Part shown: positions 52,285-64,000 of the stretch, in pieces
Layout: each line of letters begins with the position of its first letter
Numbering within the stretch: the stretch's first letter is position 1
Origin: Octopus sinensis
Lineage: Eukaryota
Length of the DNA: 64,000 nt
Reading direction: 5' to 3'
NCBI RefSeq assembly: GCF_006345805.1
Contig: NC_043000.1
Span: 70,060,001-70,124,000 of the forward strand
The notes under the pieces: model-generated
The model's database searches: none
The model's input: the letters and a program-made list of their open reading frames with translations, nothing else
Told to the model about the DNA's origin: nothing
Program-made: the position numbers and the translations under genes

Positions 52285-52395
52285 AGAAGAAGAAGAAGAA
52301 GAAGAAGAAGAAGAAGAAGAAGAAGAAGAAGAAGAAGAAGAAGAAGAAGAAGAAGAAGAAGAAGAAGAAGAAGAAGAAGAAGAAGAAGAAGAAGA
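52250..52395. repeat. (AAG)n microsatellite
   Basis: About 47 units. Confidence 0.97.
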
Positions 52396-53420
52396 CGATT
52401 CTAAAAGGATTGATGTAACTTTTCACAAAGGAAAACAGACAAGACGAAGACCACGATGCGACCTGATAGAGGAGATACAGAAACACATATACCACAATAT
52501 GTTGTCATACGCTCAGATAGAAAGGAGAGGAGCCTTGGTGGATTTGCTGTGTACATCCGAGGAGGAGACCTCACGCCCCAGGTGCTGCTGTGTGTGACAC
52601 TCAAATTGTACACATAAGACAGCTTGATACTGTTATATGTACTACATATCACGCACCAGATTCTCCAAGTCATACAGGCAAATTTGAAGACTGCCTAGCA
52701 AAGATAGAAGTTCTCACCAGACTGAACAACACATCAATGTATTCCTTTTGGATGACTTTATCTTACCAAACATGGGATGGCCTAGGGCCAGATTCTCCCA
52801 GGAATGACACACCAGCAGCAAGCACAGGCAGAGTCCCTGCTCCACCTTACCAATGCTCTTTCATGGAGCCAATCGTGCTGCAACCAGCCAGGGCAAATAA
52901 TATACTGGATCATTGCTTCACAAACAATATGGACATTATCCATAATATTAAAGTGACACCGACGCTGATCTCGGATCACAATATAAAAGAGCTGTCTATG
53001 TCTGGACCAAAAGCTCTTGCAGACATACAACCTATACGAAGCACCCAAATCTCTCCAAACTAAACTTTCATAAAGCAAACTGGAAGTTGATTGAGAAAGA
53101 GATCCTCAAACAGGATTGGCCTAAAAGTGTCTCCGCACCAGACATTGACATGAAACGCAAACATTTCATGTCTATAATACAAGTCATATGTGACAAATCT
53201 GTTCCATTGTGCAAGGCCAACATACACAGAAACAGGATCCCTAGAAAAAGGAAGATTCTTATGAGACGACGGACAAAGATTGCGAACCGCCTGAGCAAAC
53301 ATCCCAAAAGTGGCGAGTCTCAGCTGGAGAGAGCCTTATTGGAGATTGAGAAACGTTTGCATCGTCTCATGAAAAGGAGATACCAAATAAAGAAGCGTGA
53401 GTTATAGAAAAAAATTATAG
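52396..53420 (+). mobile_element. CR1-type APE endonuclease region (degenerate)
   Basis: VICTTYHAPD (YRPP-like), NNILDHCFTNNMDIIHNIKVTPTLISDHNI, NFHKANWKLIE and IPRKRKILMRRR. Confidence 0.8.
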
Positions 53421-53846
53421 AAAATATATTACGGTAAAATCTACCTACACCAACAGATTCACAGTAAAATTTGCTTGAGTTATTGCCTACATTATTGTCA
53501 AGTCTTCACATTTTTAGTCTTGACCCAATGCCTATTTTTACATAATGAATTTGCCCACCATATATACTATTCTACTTCGCATAAAACTTTAGCTATATAG
53601 GTACTTCTGGCTCTCCTTTTTTTAAGTATTCTAGTGTGTCAATATTTTAGCAAACTGATGGTACCTTTTTTAATTATAATGTTACTTCGTAAATTAAAAT
53701 CAAATCATTTTTAATATTCAAATTTTATCCTTAGCTGCAATATTTTAAGTAAAATGTTTCTTCTTTTGTACTTTACCAGTTGTCCTGAACTTTTCCAAGT
53801 GCAATAACTTGTCCTATAATTTTCCAGGTTTGTAATCTTAAGAATA

Positions 53847-54570
53847 CTATTTCTCTTGCTCGCATTTTTCCATGTAATCCATGTTTTTCCAGGCTATGCT
53901 ATTATGTTAATTAATAATGTGTCAAATGTGTCAATTAGCGGTGTCGTTGATAATTTTTTTCCTTACCTCAATGACACTGGTGACATATATTAAAGTTCCC
54001 TTATAGAACTATATTCATAAACAAGTATAGAACTATATTATCACCTTCAAATTTGAGAAACAAACACTCATAACTTTTTTCTTTTAAATCTTGTTGCATG
54101 AGATTGATATCAGGAAATTCTTCGAATTGAGCTCTATCATTTAAGTTTAATTAAAATATAGTTTGTTCTTAAAATAAAAAAGTTAATTATACTTAAATCC
54201 AATTTTTTGCCTTATTTTTTTTCATGATATTTCACCTCACAACTTTTTCATACAAATTTTTGTTGCATGGGAACATGAAATTTTTTATGCCTTCTTCTAT
54301 CATTGAAGCTAAGATTTTGCTTTTAAAATAAAAAAGTTATTTCGATCTAAACTTGATTGATGGCGTTACTTACTCTCCTATGACGTTGAAGTAAACTTTT
54401 TCTACTGGATTAAATCTCAATTTTTTATGCCAGTCCTCTTCACAAATGTTAACAGTTTTCGATTTGAACATTGCAAGTCCATATCGGACCCTTGTTATCC
54501 GCATTTCATTTTTTCTTACTTCACGTCTGCCATTTCGCCACAAAGGTAGCACCATGCCAGGAGTTAACAT
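53847..54570 (-). CDS. Hypothetical compact 4-exon gene or pseudogene, 138 aa, unknown product
   Basis: Exons 54570-54374, 54319-54236, 54133-54045 and 53893-53847 are bounded by GT/AG, are phase-consistent (2,2,1) and stop-free. The introns are very short (54, 102, 151 bp). No homology recognised. Confidence 0.3.
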
Positions 54571-55307
54571 CTTTAAAAATAGTCCTATCACCCTTGTGTT
54601 GCCTTGACTCTTCGACTGTGGTGTAAATGTATGGGGAGGTTTGACCTTTACCACTTCAGCCTCTTCGTTTCTTACTCAATCATGAATAGCAGATAGATAG
54701 ACACTCTACATTTTACCTGTGTATTGCTATAGTTGCCGTTGAAATTCTTTTTATTTCGTGAGTCTTTAAATAAACTTGTTTATGTCAGAAATACAAATAT
54801 ATCATTATTTTAAACATTTGTATTTTCATTCATAGACTTTCTCAGATTTTGTATGTCGTTTGCGCAAGAGTTTTTGTTCGTTGGGGGGACATATCTGATT
54901 GACATTTTGTATTGACTGTCAGCTAGCTATTTTCTGAATGTCTTTTTTCCATAAAAAGGATAAATGAAATCCCTCGTGTCTTTGCGTACTGTGCAATAAA
55001 AAACATAAATAATCATCCAATGTTTGCAAAACTCGGCAATATGTAATCTGTAAACAGGAGCACATATAAAGTACAAAAAAAAAAACAACAATGAGAAACA
55101 GCGTTGGCATGTGACAGCGAGCTGCCTGGAAGATAGATCAAATCTGAAACCATCACGAAACAGGAATTAGGAATCCGCAAAACCAATGAAATAAAACATT
55201 GTTTTAATGCAAGCCATCTCAAGAAACAGAAAAAACTTTTCGCACATGGAGTATGTGTGTGTGTGTGTGTGTATGTGTGTGTGTGTGTGTGTGAGTGTGT
55301 GTGTATC

Positions 55308-55790
55308 TCAGGTCATCCCATAAGTTATGTCCGATTTTACCTTTTTTAAAATTGAATGGAATTTAATAGTATTTTAGAATGTCTAATGGAATTAAAAATT
55401 ATTTTTATTCACTAATTAAATATTATTTTACAGAATAATATAATTAAAATGTCTTTAATTAAAACCCTTTCTAACATGGAAGTATCCAAAGAGCAATTAT
55501 GACACATAATGCTTTATGAGTACAAAAAAGGAAACTTTGCTGCCGAAGCGACTCAAAGCATACACTCAGTTTATGGGAAATAATGCTTGAATGAAAGAAC
55601 TTGCAGAAGATAGTTTGCAAAATTCAGAAGTGGAGATTTCATCCTTGAAGATGATGATCGAACAGGACGTCCAGTTGAGTTTGATGATAAGCTCCTTGAG
55701 GCATTACTTGAAGAAAATCCTGCATTATCGGTTGAAGAATTGGCAATAAGGCTTAGTTCATACAACTGTTCATCGTCATCTTCATCTGAA
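55308..55790 (+). mobile_element. 5' half of a mariner element (TIR plus HTH region)
   Basis: tcaggtcatcccataagtt TIR-like start; MLYEYKKGNFAAEA...FAKFRSGDFILEDDDRTGRPVEFDDKLLEALLEENP...TVHRHL. Confidence 0.87.
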
Positions 55791-56519
55791 TTTTAGTTTA
55801 ACATTTGGCTTTATATTATAATTTTTTCTTACAAAAATTTACTATATTTTTAACATAAACATTTAATATTAAAAAGTATGGTTTTATCGTTAAATGTTTT
55901 AGTTTTCCAATCTGTGTTTTTAATTCTTTTGAGACTTTATTAAATTAAGCGATAGTAGAAGTTATTACATACATTTTGTTTTATTTCCTATTTTTAAATA
56001 TATCGTACTTTTCATCTTGCTAAAACTTAAAAATAGTTAATATCTCTTAGTATGTTACTATAATGATTTGCTAATGTTTCAGCATGTCTCTTGATTATTT
56101 TATATGAAACCTATGGATCAAATTTGTTTATAATCTATTAACAGAAAAAGATGTTTGTCTTTACGCGAAAATAACATCTAAGCGGTTCTTAATACCAGTG
56201 GTTGTTAACCTGAGTCTTGTTGTAACAAAAAGATTACAAAATACAAGCAAATGTTAAAGTTACAGTTCAGAGTTAGTAAGAGTTTTGAGTGATATGAAGC
56301 GGGGCCAATAAATACAGAAAATTGTAAGCGGCGCTAAGATAGTAGATTAAGAAGACAAAAGGTATAAGGCGATACTTTTGCATTTTTTCATAAATTTCTC
56401 ATTATTTGACCATGTTAAAAGAATAACAAATATAATTAGAGAAATTCTTGCTTTTCCTCAAGGGCTCCTCCCTTGGAAGTTACTGAGGCAGGGCACCCCC
56501 AAGTTAAGAACCACTGCTG

Positions 56520-56670
56520 TAGACTCTTCAGCAAAGACATAAGCACTGAATTTGGCTCAGATAAGTGCACAACATTAGTCATGAACAAAAGACAGGTAGT
56601 CAACAGCGAAGATATCCAATTACCGGCTAGACATTAAAATCATTGAAAGAAGGAAAGTACCAAATTTTGT
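56520..56670 (+). mobile_element. R4-type RT C-terminal fragment
   Basis: FSKDISTEFGSDKCTTLVM (FS.DIGM.FGLDKC-like). Confidence 0.65.
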
Positions 56671-56690
56671 ACAATTATATAATAATAAAA

Positions 56691-56744
<54 letters not shown>

Positions 56745-56752
56745 TAATAATA

Positions 56753-56799
<47 letters not shown>

Positions 56800-56801
<2 letters not shown>

Positions 56802-59800
56802 AGTATTTTGACTCGATATCATCTCCACCTCTAACACAACACATGTAAACATGCGTTCTACATTACGATCCATCAACACCAGATCATCCCCGACCCCAAA
56901 CACCATGTACAAAGGAACTACGAAGAAATTAAATGCCACCGATATTATTCAACCCAAGAATAACAATCGAGCGGTACGTACTTTAAACTTACAACAAAAA
57001 ATGTACGAAAAACTACACGTGCGAAATAATGAGACAACAGAAATGAACGGACGAAAATGACGACCGTCAAAATAATGGGCCGGACGTTGTTCCTCATGTC
57101 CCGCAAATAAAACCCATAAGACATAAATGGACACGTGAGGAATACATTTCTATCTTACACGCATACTTCACAGCAGTGCTCTACCCAAAAAATGAAAACA
57201 CAACAACACATACATATAAAATATAGAAGGAAAACAACATAAATATAGACTTGGATACAGCAATGAACCCTAATAAATTAGCTAACGTACGAAGGTACAT
57301 TCTCAACGCAAAAAAAATATCAGAAATAGAAATAGAACATCTAAAAGAAAAAATACACCAGGAAAATGTAGATAGAAGCCACACAACAATGCCCAATAAT
57401 ATAAACACTGAAATAGTAAAACACGAAGACAAAAGAAACATTCTCAACAAACACGATGTAAACAACGAAGGGGAGCCTAATGATTATGATAATATAAAAA
57501 GTAAAATAATCAAAGAACTGAAAACCACAGAGCTAAAAATGGACCACTGACCATACCTCCCAAGAATCAAAATAGACGAAACAACAACACCAATTATAAA
57601 CAGCATAAACCTAGCCGTCACGGAACTAATAGCCACTGAAACAAAAAGCGATATCACTGAGCTAAATGACTTAATATACGCAGCAGCAACTGCAGCCACA
57701 AAAGAAGCTGGATACTCACTCAAACCCATCCAAGCAGGAGTACCACCACCCAAACAAACCCTGTGGATAAATAACATCCAAAACAAAATACAAAAAATGA
57801 GAAAAGATCTGTCGATTCTTAATGAAATCAGCAGACAATCAACGCTACTGAGCAACAAAAAGAAAACAAAAGTACTCCGCAAATATAACATCACAGAAAA
57901 AGATTTACCTGAGATAAAAGAAAAGCTGAAGCAAGATATCCTTGCCAAAGCACAAAGGATCCGCCGGTACGAGAAACGCTTTGGACCCCCATAACAACTG
58001 AAGAGGTCACCCAGGCACTGCAAAGATTAAGCAACTGGAAGGCACCTGGGCATGACAAGATCCCCAACTTCTGGTTGAAATATCTAACAGGAATGCACAA
58101 AAAGCTGGCTGAAAACTTTAACATACTAGCAGAGCCAGAGACAATGCCTGAATGGCTCACGAAGGGGAAAACCATCTTAATTCCCAAATCAAATGAGACA
58201 GCAAAACCAGAAAACTACAGACCAATAACCTGTCTCCCTACAATGTTCAATGCATTTACTGCAGTGATATCGCAAAGGTTGAACAAGCACCTGGACGAAA
58301 ACAACCTGTTCCCAGAAGAACAGAAAGGATGCCGCAAAGGCTCATATGGCTGTAAAGATCAACTAATGATTAATAAAGCCATAACTGAAGACAGCCACAG
58401 AAAGAAGAAAGGCCTCAGTATGGCCTGGATCGACTACAAAAAGGCGTTTGATAGCATCCCCCACACATCGATCCTCGAAACACTAGCCATTAACAAAGTA
58501 GCACCAACAATCATAAAATTCATAGGGCACTCTATGAATAAATGGCAAACAGTGCTACACCTCCAAACAAAAGAGGGACTCATGAAAACCAAAGACATCC
58601 CTATTAGAAGAGGATTATTCCAGCGAGACACGCTCTCTCCACTCCTTTTCTGCTTGGCACTGTCACCCCTATCTGATATGCTAAATAGAACTGGATGCGG
58701 ATATAAATGTTACGGCAAAACGATCAGCCACCTTTTATATATGGATGACCTAAAACTATACGCTGCAAATGACAAACAGCTGGAAACACTATTAAAGACC
58801 GTTCATGGATTTAACAAAGAAATAGATATGAAATTTGGATTAGAAAAATGAGCCAAAGTAACCCTGAAAAGAGGAAAACTAGTTAAGAGTAGCAACATCA
58901 CACTAGATAAAACCAATGAAATAAAAGAATTAGACCAAAGCCAAACTTACAAATACTTAGGAATCCATGAACTAGATAAGACACAACACACACAAATGAA
59001 AGAGAAAATAAGAAAAGAATATTATAGACGAGTTAGATCAATACTAAAAACAGAGCTCAATGCTAAAAACAAGATAATAGGTATTAACACTTTAGCTGTC
59101 CCAGTTATAAGTTACAGCTACAATATCCTTAACTGGACACTAAATGAACTGACCAAAATAGATAGGAAAACAAGAAAAATAATGACAGGGTCTAGGATGC
59201 ATCACCCAAAATCTGACATAGAAAGACTATATATACAACGTATAGAAGGTGGTAGAGGCCTTATACAACTGGAAAACTACTATAAAATAACCACCATAGG
59301 ATTTCAAAAACATCTACTTCAGAAGGAAGGAAAACTGATACAAATAGCGGCAAAACACGAGCAAAACAAAAACTGTTCTCAGTATTTAAGGAAGCTGACA
59401 AATACAACAAGAAATCATACCACCTAATAAATATGAAGAAGAAGAAGAAGAAGAAAAGAAGAAGAAGAAGAGAAGAAGAAGAAGAAGAAAAGAAGAAGAA
59501 GAAGAAGAAGAAGAAAAGAAGAAGAAGAAGAAGAAGAAGAAGAAGAAGAAGAAGAAGAAGAAGAAGAAGAAGAAGAAGAAGAAGAAGAGGAAGAAACAAC
59601 AAACGCTATAAAACAAATGAAATCCAAACTAAAAATAGAACAGCAACGAACCATGATAAAACGATGGCAAGAAAAGCCCCTTCATGTTAAATACTGGACT
59701 AAACTAAACGCAAAAGAAATAGACAAAGAAAAATCCCAGCAATGGTTGAGAAGCTCAGGACTCAAAGCAGAAACAGAGGGATTTTTAATTGCAGCACAAG

Positions 59801-60527
59801 ACCAAAGCCTCCCCACCAGAAATTACCAAAAACATGTAATGAAAAGAAATATAACAAGTAACTGCAGAATATGTGGAGATGGACAAGAAACAATAAATCA
59901 TATTATCTCTAGCTGCCCAGTCCTGGCTAAGAAGGAATATATTCACAGACATGACAGAGTTGGAACCTACATACATTGGAAGCTATGCCAACATTATGGA
60001 ATAACAACAGAAAAAAGATGGTATAGGCACACACCAGAAAAGGTCACAGAAAACGAGAAAGCAATCATACTCTGGTATATGCCGATACACACAGATAGAG
60101 AAATTAAGGCCAACAGACCAGATATAGTTGTCAAAGATCATGAAGAAAAAAAAATGCTTTCTAATTGATGTATCAATACCGGCTGATGACAACGTGTCTC
60201 TAAAAGAAATGGAGAAACTCTCAAAATACAAAGACCTGGAAATAGAGGTAACCAGAATGTGGAATCTAAAAACAGAAACAATTCCTATCATAGTAGGTGC
60301 ATTAGGCATGATAAAAAAATATTCAGACAAATACATAACAAAAACACCAGGACTTACAAACACATATAACATACAGAAAATTGCACTACTAGGCACTGCA
60401 CAAATCCTACACAGAACACTTTCCATACAATAACCATCAGAGCATCACAACAAATCACAGCACATACCCAAGGCACACAGAGCTGCGCTCGGTAGTGAAG
60501 TGAAAGCACGCTATAAAAATAAAACTA

Positions 60528-60530
<3 letters not shown>
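56800..60530 (+). mobile_element. Near full-length R4/Dong-type RLE non-LTR retrotransposon inserted in (TAA)n
   Basis: N-terminal HKWTREEY; RT motifs NYRPITCL, DYKKAFDSIPH, GLFQRDTLSPLLF and HLLYMDDLKLY; GGRGL; CRICGDGQETINHIISSC zinc finger; RLE RPDIVV...LIDVSIP...EKLSKYKDL; stop at 60433, 97-bp 3' UTR. (TAA)n at 56690-56799 and 60531-60599. Stops and frameshifts are present. Confidence 0.94.
59434..59595. repeat. (GAA)n expansion inside the R4 ORF
   Basis: Both junctions are in frame as poly-Glu (PPNKY-EEE...EEE-TTNAIKQMK); internal indels break the frame. Confidence 0.93.
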
Positions 60531-60600
<70 letters not shown>

Positions 60601-60639
60601 CACTGGCTCTCATAGCTGATTAGAAGTGTTACTTGTTTT

Positions 60640-61128
60640 GTTTTAGTATGAAAGATGGGTTACAGCAAATATTCTGCACAGTACCAGAGATTTGCTTGTC
60701 ACTTGTTCAACCTTAACCAGTTGAACGTGTCCTTTAGTGGCTGGCAATATGTGCATCTCTGATCAATTGCAATAGTAGTGGGGGAGCATCATAGCTATGT
60801 GTTGAGAGAAATTTGGGGGAGTTTGATTAATTTTTCTCTTGAAACATGGTTGTTTCGTTCAACATCCTTAAGCATCCCTTATTCGGGGTCCTTCTGAGCG
60901 GGATGGGCTATTCGACCTGAAGAAAATAAATTCTAACTCGGCCCCACCTGCAAGGTCATGCGCTGTTTAACTTGATATGAAATTGCCATGTCGCGCACAT
61001 ATAGTTGTGATTTATGTGCCTGGTGTACCCTACACAGACGGGTAGTCATGATGGGTATATTGGGCCTCGTATAATTTTATCTGTGTCACTTTGATGGCAT
61101 GCACTGCTCTCTCACTCAATAATAATAT
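60640..61128 (+). mobile_element. Non-coding interspersed repeat with (AAT)n end (copy 2 of 3)
   Basis: Reverse complement of 15530-15970; ends gcactgctctctcactcaataataat. Confidence 0.85.
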
Positions 61129-61131
61129 TGA

Positions 61132-61225
61132 TCATTTCGAGTATAGGCACAAAGCCTGAAACTTTACATCGATCCCAATGCTTCACTGGTACTTATTTTA
61201 CAACCCCAAAAGGATGAAATGCAAA
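61132..61225 (-). mobile_element. 3' fragment of a SINE of the 7636 family
   Basis: Reverse complement gcatttcatccttttggggttgtaaaataagtaccag...cgatg. Confidence 0.7.
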
Positions 61226-61267
61226 CTACTACTACTACTACTACTACTAATCATAATAATAATAATA

Positions 61268-61329
<62 letters not shown>

Positions 61330-61339
61330 CAAAGACGTT

Positions 61340-61640
61340 GTATGAGCAAATTCCTGAAGGAGTTACCGAAAATGAGAATTGTAAAATCCTGTGGGATACA
61401 TTAAATCAAGTGCGATGATACCAATAGTAATTGGCGCACTTGGCAGTATCAGCACTGAACTACCAGCATGGCTAAAAAAGATTAGTGCAAATGTGAAGGT
61501 AGAACACCTACAAAAATCAGCATTGCTTGGAACTGCAAGAATTCTTCGCAGGGTTCTTGAAGAATGACCAGTAAACAAGCGTCACCTTAGTCTCCTGACT
61601 GTGGACAACTGACACTTACCATCATACGCAGCAAAACAAT
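61340..61640 (+). mobile_element. R4-type 3' end (second subfamily) between (GAT)n and (AAG)n arrays
   Basis: DTNSNWRT (VIGALG-like frame), LPAWLKKISANVKVEHLQKSALLGTARILRRVLEE*, then a 3' UTR. Confidence 0.8.
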
Positions 61641-61659
61641 CTGTGAGTTTTCATAGACG

Positions 61660-61790
61660 CAGAAGCAGAAGAAGAAGAAGAAGAAGAAGAAGAAGAAGAA
61701 GAAGAAGAAGAAGAAGAAGAAGAAGAAGAAGAAGAAGAAGAAGAAGAAGAAGAAGAAGAAGAAGAAGGAGAAGAAGAAGAAGAAGAAGAA
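61660..61790. repeat. (AAG)n microsatellite
   Basis: Direct reading. Confidence 0.97.
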
Positions 61791-62150
61791 ATTCAAAACA
61801 GTGCTCATGGGAACTGATCAAATCCTGCGTAAAATATTGTCTATGTAATCCCAAAAACATTTTTATCTGTAGATAGAATACTTTTAAATGTACATATCAA
61901 CAAACACCTTTATCTGTCATCATAATATCGCACTAACATCTTATAATCAAATTACTTTTATAACAGACTTCTAATTTACTTATGTTTTGGTAGATATTCT
62001 CTAGAATAATACTCTGTGAAACGCTAAGAATATGGCGCCATAGACATAACACCAACTTCAACTAACTTGTTGTCTCTTGAGGTCTCTGGGTGAGACAAGT
62101 TGACTCCAAGTCAACTTGTACAGCTACAATGCCAAAGCCAAACAAATAAT
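61788..62150 (+). mobile_element. R4-type extreme 3' end and 3' UTR (third subfamily), interrupted
   Basis: EIQ-TVLMGTDQILRKILSM* at 61788-61850; UTR-like ttgttgtctcttgaggtctctgggtgagac at 62066-62097, followed by aataat. Confidence 0.55.
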
Positions 62151-62154
62151 AGTA

Positions 62155-62223
<69 letters not shown>

Positions 62224-62224
62224 T

Positions 62225-63450
62225 ACTTTTAATCTGCTTGTTTGTTACAATCAGTCCTCGACACACACACAGCATCCTAGGACGAGTGAAGGATAAGAGA
62301 TATTACAATATGACTGAAAGCTTAGGGAAGGCGAGTGATATTTATATTCGTTCGGTGTCGGCACAGGACATCCCGCGACGTATTTTTCCTTCGTAGTAGC
62401 ATGTTGTATACCGTCTCCTTCGTTTATCCCCAGGTATTTACAGCTTCCTTGTGGGTCAAGCTCTTTGATGGTAGCATTGGTATCTGATTTCCTCTTACAA
62501 AAATTGCTTTAGCACACTTATCAAGGCCAAAGTCCATCCCAATGTCATTGCTAAACTCGTTAACAATTATTAACAGCTCTACTAGCTCTTCGTCATTTCT
62601 AGCAAACAGCTTCAGATCGTCCATATAAAACAGATGATTTACTTTCATATTATACATATTTGAACCCATACCTGGTGTTACTCAGTTTGTTTGAGAGTGA
62701 GATTAGTGCCATGCAAAAGAGTAATGGGGAGAGGGAATCACTTTGAAAGATGCCACGTTTCATATTGATGGTGTTAGATTGGCTCATCCCATTACAATGG
62801 ACATGTATTAGACTTGGGCATGCTACAGGAGAGTTCTTATATATCTCAAGAGCCTTGAGTAGCCAATTATGCTGGAAACTATCAAACGCTTGTCTATCCA
62901 TGAAAAACTCAGGTTCTTTTTTGCTCTGGCAATCATTTTATCTATGAGTAATTGATCTTTGCATCTATAAGTATTCTTTTTACAACCTTTTTGAACTTGA
63001 GAAAGGATAGAATGCTGTTCAAGGAAAGTGTGTATCCTTTTAGTTAGAATGGATTTGAGGATCTTGAGACACGTTATTGGAGGGTAGTTCTTTGGATTCT
63101 TTGTGTCTTCTGCTTTTTTGTAGAAGGTATGTTGTTCCTTCGGTCAACCACACGGGTATTTGCTCTGGGTTATGGGTGACATCAGTCAGGAATGGAGCAA
63201 ACTTTTGGTGTGCTTCTGTGAAACAGTTCAGCCGGAAGTTAGGAATCCGGTCCAGCCCTGGGGTTCTCCATTTGTGAGACTTTCTAAGAACACATCTTAG
63301 ATCCTCTGCTCCTATTGCCTCCCATTTCTACTCAACTTCATCCAGTCTCGCTTTCTCACGTTCTACCTTGCGAGCTTCAGCTTTACATTACTTTTGTTGC
63401 TCTATATCTTCCTCCAAAACTCTTCCATTTCTCAGACTTAGGTGGCTCCT
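62225..63450 (-). mobile_element. Internally deleted R4-type element (RT region plus 3' UTR), antisense, ending in (TAA)n
   Basis: ENPRAGPD, WLTEGTTYLL, QAFDSFQHNWL, RGIFQSDSLSPLLFC, HLFYMDDLKLF and FGLDKCAK; the (TTA)n at 62155-62222 is its 3' flank. Confidence 0.88.
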
Positions 63451-63469
63451 AAGGGAGCAGACGTAGAGG

Positions 63470-63822
63470 GGAGATCATCATAGCCATGTGTTGAAAAGAA
63501 TTCTATGAGTTTGAATAATTCACCTCTGGAAACATGGGTGTGTCGTTCATCATCTTTAAACAACCCATATTCAGGGACCTTTTGAGTGGGATGGACTACT
63601 CAACCTGAAGAAATTCTTAACTGGGCCTCACCTGCAAGGTCATGTGCTGCTTATCTTGATCCAAGATCACAATATCGTGCGCATATGGTTGTGATGCATA
63701 TATATGGTGCACATATGTTGCACCCTTATTAGATGGGTATTCATAATGGGTATATTGGGCTTCGTCTATTTGCACCCCAGTGTCACTTTGATGGCATGCA
63801 CTGCTCTCTCATTCAATAATAA
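63470..63822 (+). mobile_element. Non-coding interspersed repeat, 5'-truncated (copy 3 of 3)
   Basis: Aligns to 60790-61128. Confidence 0.85.
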
Positions 63823-63829
63823 TACTAAT

Positions 63830-64000
63830 ATAAATATAAAGATCTTGAAGCAGAAATTGGTAAAATGTGGAACCTGAAAACTAGAACACTACCTGTTGTC
63901 ATAGGTACTCTAGGAATGATAGCAAAAGTGGCTGATTGTTCCATATCTCAAATACCAGAAAATCCAAAAATGGAAGAAATTCAAAAACTAGTGCTCATGG
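63830..64000 (+). mobile_element. R4-type RLE C-terminal fragment running off the window
   Basis: KYKDLEAEIGKMWNLKTRTLPVVIGTLGMI...EEIQKLVLM. Confidence 0.88.

Overview
AT-rich animal genomic DNA, most likely an octopus. That call is an inference from remembered SINE-family sequences and the extreme microsatellite density, not a database result. The window is almost entirely transposon debris and simple repeats; I found no confidently identifiable host gene, rRNA, true tRNA or CRISPR array. Main content: (1) A Penelope-like element (PLE) cluster at 13.3-27.9 kb: a near-complete Neptune-type element with direct pseudo-LTRs (21.4-25.9 kb, minus), a second 5'-truncated PLE with an inverted pseudo-LTR (26.1-27.85 kb), and a ~2.2 kb head-to-head fold-back of GIY-YIG ends (17.3-19.5 kb). 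Their repeats carry minimal hammerhead-ribozyme-like motifs with non-canonical cores. (2) A near full-length R4/Dong-type RLE retrotransposon between (TAA)n arrays (56.8-60.5 kb) plus about seven other R4-like fragments. (3) Fragments of Tx1/L1, RTE and CR1/L2-group LINEs, two Tc1/mariner remnants, MITE-like inverted repeats and about nine tRNA-derived SINE copies. (4) A few unexplained coding-like or splice-site-bounded stretches, best seen at 53.8-54.6 kb (minus). All family calls come from motif recognition by eye, and many coordinates are approximate.
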